DNA of 64,000 bases from a virus. Its lineage: Duplodnaviria > Caudoviricetes. The DNA is taken from the IMG/VR virus record IMGVR_UViG_3300028172_000069; one strand, written 5' to 3'. This document shows, one piece after another, positions 54,950 to 64,000 of this stretch. Within the stretch, counting starts at the first letter, position 1, and each line of letters begins with the position of its first letter. The notes below the pieces were generated by a model. That model was not told the DNA's origin and made no database searches. It worked only from the letters and a program-made list of their open reading frames with translations. The position numbers were made by a program, and so were the translations under genes.

Positions 54950-57903
54950 CAGCCACCTCTCACATAGCCGAAACGTTTCTTGAACTCAGGCTGCGTGACA
55001 GGGCACGACGCGGCGACAGCTACTGGCAAGGTGACGAAAATCCACTTGCCGTCGATCTGACGATACTCCACTTCCAGCTCAAGTCCCAACGTGGCGACGT
55101 AAGCCTCAGCCTGTGCTTGTGTTGCAAACACACCGCGCGATTCGTCGGCCATGGTGTAGCTATTACGCTTCGGCGTCTCGAACGACGGTGCGGCTTTGGC
55201 CACTTCCTTGATCGAAGACACGTTGCGCACGTAAGCCATGGGTTGCTCAGAACGAGTGAGCGCTTGACGCCGCTCATACGCAGTGTTTACACCATAGGCA
55301 ACACGAGGCGGACGCATAACGAAGCTCAGCGACACCTCGATGCGCTTGTTGTTCGGACGCAGACCCTCGATGAAAGGCATCGGAGAGAACGCCTGACCAA
55401 GCGTGTGATGACGCTGGTAGATCGCATCAACAAAACTCACTGGGTAGCGGTAGAACTTGTCCACACCCATAGTGAATTGCCACGCACGGCTCACTTGAGG
55501 CTGTTCCCAAACAGTATCCAGATACATCGGAGCGTTCAGGTGATCCAGCTTGATCTCCATGTCGCGGTACATCGGAGCCTTGGCGGCATAGCGATAGTAC
55601 GCAAGCGGGCGATACCGTGGAGTGCTCAGCGGAGTCTGCTTGTACGTCAATGGTGAATACTGCGGCGCGTTCAGGTGATTAAGCCTGAAGTTGTCCTTCA
55701 CGTCGATCTGTACCAGCTTGACTGTAGCCACATCGCGGCTGAACTCAGACGGTGTGTATACCGTCTTGCCGAGGTAGGAGCGGTTGGCGTCCCAGGCACT
55801 GAACAGGATCAGCTTGTCCCAATGCGTGCGCTGGGCTTCGGCTTCTGCCTGCACCTTAAGCACTGTCTGGGAAGGTAGGCGATCCGCGGTCTGGAGTTGC
55901 GACTTGGCAAATTGCGACTTGGTAAGTACCGGTGACGGCACAGCGTTGAGCTTGATGATGCGAGTCTTGTCGCACACTGGCGAGTACCCATCAGCGCTCA
56001 GCACTGTAGGTTGCGTGCTTACATCAGGCTCGTCGGCAGTCCAGCTCTGCACCGAGTTGCTATCGTACCAATCACCGACAAGCGGCTCATTACTCACACG
56101 CTCTGGCGGCTCGTACACAACGGTCAAACCACGAGGCACATCGACCACGTTCTCTTCCCAGACCAATGCGCCGTTAAGCTGCATCATCAGGATTGTCCAC
56201 GTCGCCACAGGCTTGTCGTACACGGTGTTGATGGTGTACGCAATACGCTGCGCCAAGAGGCTTACTGGAGTGGCGTGAACCACAACAATGTCACCGTTCT
56301 TGATCGTGCCTGTCTTACCGAAGTCACCCCCGTTGACGCTGAACTCGATGATGGATTCATCGGTGTCAATGTCCACGCTGAACCCGTCAGTCATACCTTC
56401 GACAGCGAAGAGGTCCTCGTATTGCACGCGCGGCAGAGCATCGTTCACTTGGTCAAGCGTGCTCAACGTTGGGAACAGCTTCGGCTCGGTGCGCAACTGG
56501 AACGTGGTTGCCCGACGGCCCATGAACGTGACCGCTTGCGCATCGTAGTACGACGCCCGTGCCGGTACGCTGATCTTTACCACGTCGTCTTTCTTCAGGT
56601 AACCCGAAGTCCACGGAAGACCGTTGACCGTGACCGTCGCGTTCGTGGTGCCAAGCTTGACAAACTCTGGGCGAACCCAGTTGACTGTCCACGTGTACTC
56701 ATACGCGGCGTTGTACGGCACGTTCTCCACGATGGTCTGCACAGGGCTGACGTTCGCTTCCGCAGAGGTGACGTCCGCAGCATCCGAATACAGGTCGGTG
56801 ACAACAACCTCGCCCATGTAAGCAGCACCAGCCGACCGCACAGTGGTAGCGACGTCGGTCGCATTACCAAGTGTTTGGTCATACTTGATGATGCCAGTGG
56901 TGTCGAGGAAGGACACGTAGATTTCACTGCGGTAGACCACTACGTCCAGAGGAACCTTGGAGTAGTAGACCGTCTTCTCCAGTGCCTTGGAGTTGCGGTT
57001 GATAAGCAGCAAACAACGGTTCGTTGCGTCAACCGCATAGACGTATACATCGTTCAGGTCCATGTCGAAGTACAAACCTGGGCGAGCCAGAATCTGCGTC
57101 ACGGTGAACGAACCTGCAACCCGCGCAACTGTGGTGATACCCGAAGCCATGCCCAGATAGAGCAGGCCAGAGTTGTCGCACACAATCGAGGTCAATCCAG
57201 TGAACGTGCCAGTCTGGGTATACAGCAGCGCGCCCGCGTTGCTCCAGACTTCGATACGGTCAGCGAAGCCGATGACAATGTTGCCTTCCATGTCGCCAGT
57301 GGCAGCCAGAGGCGTACCAGTCAGCGTGTAGGACGAGTCAACGGCGAACAGGTTGGTGAGTTTGTACAGCTTGCCAGCAGTGACCACCCAAGGCACGGCA
57401 GCAACGTTGTCAGCTTCGCTCCAGATAGGAGAAAAGGTGATCGCGACAGGTGTTTCCGCAAAGGTGAGTTTCTTCACCTCGTCGGCAGTGTTGAAGAACC
57501 AGATTTCCTTCTTGGCGTAGTCGATGGATGCGACTGCATCGGCAACGGTGAAGGTTCCGGTGGCTGCGTAGGACAGTTGCTTGCTCGACCCTGGCTTGTA
57601 CAGCTTGCCATAGGTAGAGCCGGTGATCGCCTTGTACGCCTGGGTAGTGACGTAACGCAGAGTCTTTGGCAGGTCAACGAACCAGAGGTAAGTCTTCCCG
57701 GCGAGAACCACGCTAATCTCGGCGTATGCAGTCACGGTAGTCGTGAGACGTGCCGTGTCACCTTTCGTAACCTGAATGTCCGTATTCGCAGCGTAGTCTT
57801 GGCCCTTGTACGTGACCACGCAACCCGCTTTCAGAACACCAGTGGCGTCTAGGGTTACGTCTACGTAGGTTGAGCCAGAAGCCAAGCTAACTGGAATAAA
57901 CAT
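54949..57903 (-). CDS. large putative virion structural protein (984 aa)
   Basis: N-terminal propeller-like blades, two central Ig-like repeats (VTVNG..W.SG.LK.DD.V and FSVNG..FG..G.IK.GD.V). Confidence 0.8.
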   Translation of the reverse strand: MFIPVSLASGSTYVDVTLDATGVLKAGCVVTYKGQDYAANTDIQVTKGDTARLTTTVTAYAEISVVLAGKTYLWFVDLPKTLRYVTTQAYKAITGSTYGKLYKPGSSKQLSYAATGTFTVADAVASIDYAKKEIWFFNTADEVKKLTFAETPVAITFSPIWSEADNVAAVPWVVTAGKLYKLTNLFAVDSSYTLTGTPLAATGDMEGNIVIGFADRIEVWSNAGALLYTQTGTFTGLTSIVCDNSGLLYLGMASGITTVARVAGSFTVTQILARPGLYFDMDLNDVYVYAVDATNRCLLLINRNSKALEKTVYYSKVPLDVVVYRSEIYVSFLDTTGIIKYDQTLGNATDVATTVRSAGAAYMGEVVVTDLYSDAADVTSAEANVSPVQTIVENVPYNAAYEYTWTVNWVRPEFVKLGTTNATVTVNGLPWTSGYLKKDDVVKISVPARASYYDAQAVTFMGRRATTFQLRTEPKLFPTLSTLDQVNDALPRVQYEDLFAVEGMTDGFSVDIDTDESIIEFSVNGGDFGKTGTIKNGDIVVVHATPVSLLAQRIAYTINTVYDKPVATWTILMMQLNGALVWEENVVDVPRGLTVVYEPPERVSNEPLVGDWYDSNSVQSWTADEPDVSTQPTVLSADGYSPVCDKTRIIKLNAVPSPVLTKSQFAKSQLQTADRLPSQTVLKVQAEAEAQRTHWDKLILFSAWDANRSYLGKTVYTPSEFSRDVATVKLVQIDVKDNFRLNHLNAPQYSPLTYKQTPLSTPRYRPLAYYRYAAKAPMYRDMEIKLDHLNAPMYLDTVWEQPQVSRAWQFTMGVDKFYRYPVSFVDAIYQRHHTLGQAFSPMPFIEGLRPNNKRIEVSLSFVMRPPRVAYGVNTAYERRQALTRSEQPMAYVRNVSSIKEVAKAAPSFETPKRNSYTMADESRGVFATQAQAEAYVATLGLELEVEYRQIDGKWIFVTLPVAVAASCPVTQPEFKKRFGYVRGG

Positions 57904-57922
57904 GGGCGGCTCCGTGGAAACG

Positions 57923-57954
57923 AAAAAGGGAGCTAAAGATAGTCTTTAGCCCCC
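57923..57954 (-). terminator. intrinsic terminator on - strand
   Basis: GGGGCTAAAG-ACTAT-CTTTAGCTCCC-TTTTT. Confidence 0.8.
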
Positions 57955-57967
57955 AGTGAATGCCGAA

Positions 57968-58963
57968 TTAGACGGCTTCAGGTACACCGCCACCCGACAC
58001 GAGGAGCAGCAGACGCATGCCGGCGTTGTTCGGCTTGTTGGCCTTCATCGCGCGGTAGATACGATCCGAAGTCTCACCGTAGACGCGAACCGGGATTTCC
58101 GATTCTTCGCCGATCACGTCAGCCGAGGTGTACGCGAACAGGTCGAGTTCCTCGGTGTAAGCGTAACGGTCGGTGTTCAGACGGTTCGGGAAGGTCACCA
58201 GGTACTTGTTACCCTTGGCGATTGCAACCTGATCCTGACTGTTCAGGATCGCCGCGCTGTTCACCGAGTCGGCGTCAGCCGGCTTGCTGATGGATGGACG
58301 GAAGACGTCCTTCTCGTTGACAACGAACTTCATCGGGCCCGAGGTATCGCACTCGTAGACCACGAAGATCGGCGAGTTGTCGGTGATCAGGGCGACACCG
58401 GTGTCCTTGTTCACAGGAACTTGGACGTTGAAGAAGCTGTAACGCGGGTTGGCGTCGGAAGCATCTTCCCAGACGAACAGGGTGATACCGCGTGGGGTGG
58501 CTACCAGCAGGTAGGACAGGGTAGTACCCAGGTCGTAGCCGCTGTTCTGCACGTCACGGTTGATGAAGGTGTCGCCGATCACAGGCTGCGGTTTGGTCCA
58601 GGAAGTACCCAGCTGACCCATGACACGAGTACCATTGATATCTACGCCCGAACCTGGGAACGAGGTGACGGCACCCGCAGTGGTGATCTGCTGTGGGTTG
58701 GCAATTGCCATCTTGATCTTGCCCGCACCAGCAGTAGCGCCCGACAGGTCGAGCAGCAGACGCCATGGTTGGGTTTCGTTCAGTGGGTTGACGCCCGCCG
58801 AAGAGTCGAAGACGAACTTGCCTGCACCACTGGTGACAGAGAAGTTCTGGCCCGAAGCCGGCAGAACCTGAGTCAGACCCGCGCTTTTCAGGTCGGCGAA
58901 CAGTGCGGTCGCGAACTGATCGAGACCTTGCAGTTTGGACTTCTTGTAAATCTTACCAGCCAT
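57968..58963 (-). CDS. putative virion structural protein
   Basis: 331 aa, GGAG SD, strongly biased codon usage, in structural block. Confidence 0.8.
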   Translation of the reverse strand: MAGKIYKKSKLQGLDQFATALFADLKSAGLTQVLPASGQNFSVTSGAGKFVFDSSAGVNPLNETQPWRLLLDLSGATAGAGKIKMAIANPQQITTAGAVTSFPGSGVDINGTRVMGQLGTSWTKPQPVIGDTFINRDVQNSGYDLGTTLSYLLVATPRGITLFVWEDASDANPRYSFFNVQVPVNKDTGVALITDNSPIFVVYECDTSGPMKFVVNEKDVFRPSISKPADADSVNSAAILNSQDQVAIAKGNKYLVTFPNRLNTDRYAYTEELDLFAYTSADVIGEESEIPVRVYGETSDRIYRAMKANKPNNAGMRLLLLVSGGGVPEAV

Positions 58964-58975
58964 GTTGTTTCTCCG

Positions 58976-59536
58976 TTACACTGATAGGTAACCACACAAG
59001 GTGATCGAAATGTCCGCAATCGTGGAATCCACGAGGTCCGGAGCTGTGATGATGAGGATGTCGCCACGCTCAACCCGAATTGGGTCGGTCGTAGCAGGAA
59101 CAAACTCAGCTTCTTCCACGAAGGCTTTAAAGCGGATAGTGCCTACGGGGATAAACTCCGATTTGCGCGTGATGCCGACGCTAAAGTCTTGCTGCGAACC
59201 AGAGGCTTGCAGCGCATACGCAATGGCACCAGCCAGCGATCCTTGCAGATAGAAAGTCCTGGAAGCGACCACATACAGCACTTTGGCAGAAGGGTCAGGC
59301 TTACCGAGTACAGTACCCGACAAGTCGTAGGACAACGCGCTGTGCGCAGGGTTGCGAAGATTCCAACCCTGATGGAACTCGTAGATTCCCGGGATGAAGT
59401 TTCCCGAGACTTCCGTGAGTTCCCACAGCGAGCCGTCTGTAGGACTCGAAGGGAACTGAGGCCCTCGGCGCGCATCGTCGAGCATCTGAATAGAGAGGCC
59501 CGAACCGGCGACAAGTTGCAATCCGTCAGCGATCAT
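58976..59536 (-). CDS. putative tail-associated protein (start ATG 59536)
   Basis: FPSSPTDGSLW N-terminal motif; C-terminal VGTIRF...GDIL.I.AP..D.T.ADI.ITL jelly-roll-like motif; TAATG overlap. Confidence 0.7.
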   Translation of the reverse strand: MIADGLQLVAGSGLSIQMLDDARRGPQFPSSPTDGSLWELTEVSGNFIPGIYEFHQGWNLRNPAHSALSYDLSGTVLGKPDPSAKVLYVVASRTFYLQGSLAGAIAYALQASGSQQDFSVGITRKSEFIPVGTIRFKAFVEEAEFVPATTDPIRVERGDILIITAPDLVDSTIADISITLCGYLSV

Positions 59537-59754
59537 TAGGCTACTCCTGCTCGGCCCGCACGCGGGACTGACCACTCGATGTGACACTCAGTCAGAGATA
59601 CAGGCTTGACAGCCTTCGGCAGGATCTTTTGAACCACGCCGTCAATCTCCACATACGCATCCACCACTGGGGCTCTGGTGAATAAATTATGCCGAACAAT
59701 CCAGGTGGAAGCCGGCTCTAGTTGCTGGTGCTCGTAACGGACACTCATATGCAC
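59536..59754 (-). CDS. single HNL-repeat tail-associated protein
   Basis: YEHQQ..ASTWIVRHNL..P.V. Confidence 0.75.
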   Translation of the reverse strand: MHMSVRYEHQQLEPASTWIVRHNLFTRAPVVDAYVEIDGVVQKILPKAVKPVSLTECHIEWSVPRAGRAGVA

Positions 59755-60344
59755 CGCGCCTTGCCCGTGACTGGGCTATTGAAAGTTGCGGTTGCAGAGA
59801 GCATATCCTCCGAGTGAACAAGCGTCACTGGTTGGATTTCCATGTTCCCGACGAAGCAGCGGATGATCGGCGTATAGCCCAGCTGGTGGTTGATGACCCA
59901 CACTTGCTGATCCTGGAAGTTCTGCTCGTATGCGACTTGCGCACGCGGCAGTCCTTCGGTGGCACCCATGATGAGGATGGCACGACCTGCTTGCGGTTGA
60001 GCGAAGCTGATTGTGGCGTGGTTGAATTTGAAGTCAACCTCGTCGAACTCAATCGCCTTGTTGTCACCGCTGACTACCTGAACGATACACCCTGCGGTCT
60101 GCAGGGCGTGGTCGATTTCCCAAGTGGCCGAAGCTACAAACTGGTCATGGACGTGAGTCTGTAGTTCGGTACTCATAGGCAGCCAAGCTGGCACGCCATT
60201 CGCAATCTCCAAGCAGATAAAAATCCGCCGGTTCATGAAAATGAACGTGCCCGGTTTCGGTTCAGACGGCCAAGATTCAACGGGTTCCAACGTTACGTTC
60301 TTCAGGAGGTTGCCCTGAAGATCGAAGTGGCCGTTGATTTTCAT
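59745..60344 (-). CDS. tail-associated protein with two HNL-type repeats
   Basis: TWEIDHAL and VWVINHQL repeats; AGGAGG SD. Confidence 0.8.
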   Translation of the reverse strand: MKINGHFDLQGNLLKNVTLEPVESWPSEPKPGTFIFMNRRIFICLEIANGVPAWLPMSTELQTHVHDQFVASATWEIDHALQTAGCIVQVVSGDNKAIEFDEVDFKFNHATISFAQPQAGRAILIMGATEGLPRAQVAYEQNFQDQQVWVINHQLGYTPIIRCFVGNMEIQPVTLVHSEDMLSATATFNSPVTGKARCI

Positions 60345-60356
60345 GAAGCCTCCTGA

Positions 60357-62051
60357 TTATGCCGCTACCTTCTTGCCGTTGATAACGATGTACACCTTCT
60401 GAGCAACGGCCAGAGTGACGACCAGGTTGTTGGCGTCAGTCAGGGTAACGTTGTCAGGCAGAATCTGCGTGAAGGTTTCGTCGTATACAGCGACAGTTGC
60501 CCAACGGTAGTTCAGACCGTGGTTGATGCTGTAGGTGTCCTGTGCAGCACCAGTGGTGCCGTCGAACACTACTTGACTTGCACCGGCGCCAGCTTCCAGC
60601 GTGTCGATGCGGTCAGCCAGAGGGCCAGTGATATCGGTCACCGACTTACGGTTCGCGATGCTGTTGTCGCCAGCCGGAGCAGGAACAGTGACGTCGCCAG
60701 TAACAGCGCCGCCTTCTGCAAGGCTCAGGTAGGTATCGCTCAGGTCACCAACTTTCAGACCAGCAGCACCCAGCGACAGGGTAGCGCCGTCGAGCTTGAC
60801 GCTCAGCGCAGTACCGGCACCGCCTTGCAGACCGTTACCCAGTGCAGCGGCAGCGATGGTACGAGCAGTCACGCCTTCGTCAGCGATGGACACACCGTCA
60901 GCCGAAACGGCCAGGCCGCTGGAGGCTTTCAGTTTCAGTGCCAGCACAGCGTCTTCTTCGGTCGAAGCAGCGCCAGAGGTCGGATCAACCAGAGCCAGAC
61001 CGCCAGTAGTACCAACGTCGATACCGACTTCGCCATCAGGCAGGTTGGTCACACCAGCACCGAACTTGACGCTGATGGTGTTGCCTTCTTTCAACAGGCC
61101 AGCCGAAACAGTGACGCCGCTCAGGCCGCCATGCTCGCTCCAGTTGGTACCGTTGAACTTCATGAACTTGACAGCGTTGCGGTCCCAGACCAGAACGCCA
61201 GGACCACGCTCGCTCACGTCGTACACGACTTTGAAGCTGGCGCCGTCCTTCTGAACAATGTCACCATCTTCCAGACCGGCGATGGTGCCGAAGCCCGAGT
61301 CGAGTGCGTCTGCATCGGTGATGATATAGCGAACAGCGTTGTCAGGCAGAGTGTTGCTCAGGTCAGGGATGGTGCTGGCGTCAACCTGAGTAGCCAGAAC
61401 GTCCGCTTGGAAGTCCAGGTCAGCTTTCAGGTTGTCAATGTCGATCAGACGAACAGGGTCAGTCGGATCAACTGGAGCCGCCAGGTTCTTCGCGGTGTTG
61501 GTGCCGCCGAAGTTCAGGTTGCCGTTGATGGCATCGCCAGCTTTGTTCAGCGGAGTAAAGCCCAACTCAGCTTGTTTGCCGTCGATCTGGCCCTGAATGG
61601 CAGAAGTGACGCCGTCCAGGTAGCCCAGTTCTTCGACGTTGACAGTCGCGCTGCCAGTGATCTTGCCGTCAGCATCGGACACGACAACAACGCTTGGAGC
61701 CAGGTCCAGAGTTGCAACGGTCGAAGCAGCACCGGTGATTTCATCCTGCTTGGCACCCAGACCATCGGTCAGTTGCTTGAAGCTGGCAGGGTTCAGGTCT
61801 TCGGTGCCTGGGCCACTCAGGATCAGAGGGCCGGTCAGGGTACCGCCGTCGAGCGACAGGTAGTTGTCGAGATTGCCACCGGAGGCGACGGTCAGGACCT
61901 CTTCACCATCGTACCAGCGCAGAGCTTTGTCGGTGGTGTTGACCCAAACCAGACCTACCTTCAGGTCTTCGGCTGCCGGATCACTGGTGAGACGCTGCGG
62001 CTTGAGGCCACGAATCTCACCAAGCAGGGTGAGGTTACCATTTTTCAGCAT
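60357..62051 (-). CDS. trimeric fibre protein (tail or head fibre)
   Basis: YLSLDGGTLTGPL, AIQGQIDGK, PLNKAGD, AG.GL beta-spiral-like repeats, C-terminal INHGL repeat. Confidence 0.85.
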   Translation of the reverse strand: MLKNGNLTLLGEIRGLKPQRLTSDPAAEDLKVGLVWVNTTDKALRWYDGEEVLTVASGGNLDNYLSLDGGTLTGPLILSGPGTEDLNPASFKQLTDGLGAKQDEITGAASTVATLDLAPSVVVVSDADGKITGSATVNVEELGYLDGVTSAIQGQIDGKQAELGFTPLNKAGDAINGNLNFGGTNTAKNLAAPVDPTDPVRLIDIDNLKADLDFQADVLATQVDASTIPDLSNTLPDNAVRYIITDADALDSGFGTIAGLEDGDIVQKDGASFKVVYDVSERGPGVLVWDRNAVKFMKFNGTNWSEHGGLSGVTVSAGLLKEGNTISVKFGAGVTNLPDGEVGIDVGTTGGLALVDPTSGAASTEEDAVLALKLKASSGLAVSADGVSIADEGVTARTIAAAALGNGLQGGAGTALSVKLDGATLSLGAAGLKVGDLSDTYLSLAEGGAVTGDVTVPAPAGDNSIANRKSVTDITGPLADRIDTLEAGAGASQVVFDGTTGAAQDTYSINHGLNYRWATVAVYDETFTQILPDNVTLTDANNLVVTLAVAQKVYIVINGKKVAA

Positions 62052-62066
62052 GAAAATACTCCAGGA

Positions 62067-62858
62067 TCAGGAAGCGATCTCTACGATTTGGATACGAGGG
62101 TTGGATTGCAGCTCGGTGAGCAACCTCCCAAGAGGCTGATCGCCAACGACAACTCCGTTCTTCAACGCAATATCGTCATCCGTGTAGTTTTTGATGACCA
62201 CTGGGACAACGATATCAGGTAGCAAGACCTTGTCGAGGTAATGCGTGAGTCGTTCCTTGACGATGAAGATGTTGGTCTTCTTGTAATACTCAAGGTCGTC
62301 CACGCCGATGTACGTGATCAGGCTATCAACCTGACTTCGGTTCGACGTGATCGTCTTGGGCACCAAGTTGGAACCAAGCAGGCAGTCGACCTCGTAGAGT
62401 TCAAACAGGGTCGACTGCAATGCTCCTACTAAGGCCTCGATGATCTTCGGATAGGCCTCAAGGTGCGACATACCCACAGTAGCACGGACCCGACGCTTGA
62501 AGTTGTTCGGGATGTGCTTATGCACCGCGCCCCATACCTCAAGGAACTGAGGCAGGAACACGTCGCTGTGGATTTTGAAGATGTGCTTGTTCGAGTTGAT
62601 AATCTCACCAAAACGCTGGAAGATTATCTGGATGTCCGATTCATCCACGGTGTTGCGATTGAGCAGCAGGCTTTCCACCTTGGTAGCCCAGTCAGAGTAG
62701 CTGTTGAAGAACAGCAACTGGATTTCGCGGGCGACCTGGCTAAACTGCTTCCGTTCGTCGATCAACTCAGTCAGGATGAATGACTTGGAGTTGTAGTAGC
62801 GCTCCAAAGCCTTAGAACTCACAGAACGAAAGCGTATGTTGTTAAGCACGTAGGCCAT
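62067..62858 (-). CDS. hypothetical protein
   Basis: 263 aa, AGGA SD. Confidence 0.75.
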   Translation of the reverse strand: MAYVLNNIRFRSVSSKALERYYNSKSFILTELIDERKQFSQVAREIQLLFFNSYSDWATKVESLLLNRNTVDESDIQIIFQRFGEIINSNKHIFKIHSDVFLPQFLEVWGAVHKHIPNNFKRRVRATVGMSHLEAYPKIIEALVGALQSTLFELYEVDCLLGSNLVPKTITSNRSQVDSLITYIGVDDLEYYKKTNIFIVKERLTHYLDKVLLPDIVVPVVIKNYTDDDIALKNGVVVGDQPLGRLLTELQSNPRIQIVEIAS

Positions 62859-62869
62859 GGGTGCAATTC

Positions 62870-63424
62870 CTACAAACCTCTGTTCTGCATGGTCTTGGCT
62901 ATGGACATGCCAGTGAGTACGCCGGCGACTTGCGATTGCTTGTCGCTGATTTCAGCAACCTGACGAGCCAGAGACTCAAGCAGGCGGCTGAGGCGTTCGA
63001 CTTCTCGCTGGATGTTATCATTCTTACGACCAATGTCCTCAGAGGAATTGTCAAGTGTCGAGTCGAGTTTGCGCAGTGCGTCCTGCACCTCGTGGAAGAC
63101 CTTTTCAAGGCTCCCGCTCAACAGGGTTGATTGTTGCTCGACGGCCGCACGCAATTGCGCGACCACGTTCACTAACTCGGTGATGTTCTGCTGGCTCTGC
63201 AGGCTAGTCGTTAGCTCCTGCATGAACTTCTGGACGTTCGCCTTTTGCAGGTCAAACTCATCACCCATTCTCTTTTGAAGCTCCGTGTTTGCAGCACGAA
63301 GCAGCTTCATTTCCTCTTGCTGAGGAATGACGAAGAACCAGTAGCCCAGCAAGCACGCAATGGCGATCACTGCCGCAATCGCAACCGGCAGAGGGCTACT
63401 GAAAATGGTTTGTATGGCGTCCAT
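62870..63424 (-). CDS. membrane-anchored coiled-coil protein
   Basis: N-terminal TM then long heptads; GAGG SD. Confidence 0.75.
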   Translation of the reverse strand: MDAIQTIFSSPLPVAIAAVIAIACLLGYWFFVIPQQEEMKLLRAANTELQKRMGDEFDLQKANVQKFMQELTTSLQSQQNITELVNVVAQLRAAVEQQSTLLSGSLEKVFHEVQDALRKLDSTLDNSSEDIGRKNDNIQREVERLSRLLESLARQVAEISDKQSQVAGVLTGMSIAKTMQNRGL

Positions 63425-63433
63425 TGAGCAGCC

Positions 63434-63715
63434 TCATTGGCATTTGTCATCGCTCGGTATCACTCGGATTGCCTTGATGTTAGGACTCTCCGGATCGGAC
63501 TCAATCAGGATTTCTGACACACGAGGCTCAGTCATGGAGCACAGGTCTCCAGTCGTAGGGCTCTCGGTGCAAACTGACCGCACGCAGGCGAGTGTTGAAT
63601 AGACCACAGACTCTCGACTTGGATTGCGATAGCCGTACGTCCAGAGAACGTAAAGCATTACCGCGACCAGGACGAGTATCAGCACTCTAGAAATCCGTGA
63701 ATGGTTGATTACCAT
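63434..63715 (-). CDS. small membrane protein with Cys-containing C-terminal domain
   Basis: TM VLILVLVAVMLYVLW; GGAGG SD. Confidence 0.7.
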   Translation of the reverse strand: MVINHSRISRVLILVLVAVMLYVLWTYGYRNPSRESVVYSTLACVRSVCTESPTTGDLCSMTEPRVSEILIESDPESPNIKAIRVIPSDDKCQ

Positions 63716-63999
63716 TAGCCTCCCTCCACGATATCAAATTTCCCCATCGACTTCCTGTACAACGAAAGCCAGCTGGGCTTGGACTTGAGTCGTGACAGGT
63801 TGGCACACGAGCTGATGTGGAGGTTTAGTGGTTTGTTGTACGACGCTATTGCGAGTGACGCCGCTTCTTTTGGAGTTGGGCCAACCGCCAGCGCAGTCTT
63901 AAACCCGCTACGGCAGATGCCGACGTCAATGTGGCGCCTGTTCGTAGCTACCATGATCTTCTCTAGCTCGGCGTATCCGACCGTATTGTTCCATTCATC
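63715..63999 (-). CDS. 5'-partial hypothetical protein
   Basis: Frame stays open from 63954 to the window edge (DEWNNTVGYAELEKIMVAT...). Confidence 0.65.
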   Translation of the reverse strand, partial: DEWNNTVGYAELEKIMVATNRRHIDVGICRSGFKTALAVGPTPKEAASLAIASYNKPLNLHISSCANLSRLKSKPSWLSLYRKSMGKFDIVEGG

Positions 64000-64000
64000 T

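Noticed and set aside
56011-57852. 613-aa + strand ORF
   Set aside because: Antisense shadow of 54949-57903
60519-62222. 567-aa + strand ORF
   Set aside because: Antisense shadow of the fibre gene 60357-62051
1-64000. tRNA, rRNA, CRISPR array, integrase or transposase
   Set aside because: No cloverleaf, regularly spaced repeats or recombinase motifs recognised; intergenic gaps are mostly too short. tRNAscan-SE and a CRISPR finder would confirm

Overview
This window looks like part of a large lytic (jumbo) myophage genome, probably of a Pseudomonas host. That is an inference from the near-identical AmrZ homolog, the dense ATGA/TAATG-coupled genes and the tail-fibre module; no tRNA, rRNA, CRISPR array, integrase or transposase was seen. 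Bases 1-39970 are a + strand block of about 75 mostly small hypothetical genes. Recognisable members: two GNATs, a TraR/DksA Zn finger, tandem Xre HTH genes, a Pol-beta nucleotidyltransferase, an AP2 protein, a kinase-like/metallophosphoesterase pair, AmrZ, a MazG-like protein, an orphan HicB-like protein, DUF4326, a lipoprotein plus glutathionylspermidine-synthase-like ligase, and a winged HTH. A perfect palindromic terminator at 39974-39997 separates this block from a - strand block (40011-64000) of Nudix, lysis-like and tail-fibre/adhesin-like genes. Best leads: (1) five otherwise dissimilar adhesin-like proteins share an N-terminal ML(S/T)L(I/V)P peptide conserved only at protein level; (2) a 21-bp direct repeat brackets one adhesin-like gene and would regenerate the upstream gene's 3' end on excision; (3) a palindromic ACTACTG-N4-CAGT motif occurs at four gene boundaries, two next to the Xre pair; (4) an M15A-like lysin has altered zinc ligands. 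All family assignments come from motif recognition by eye, not database searches.
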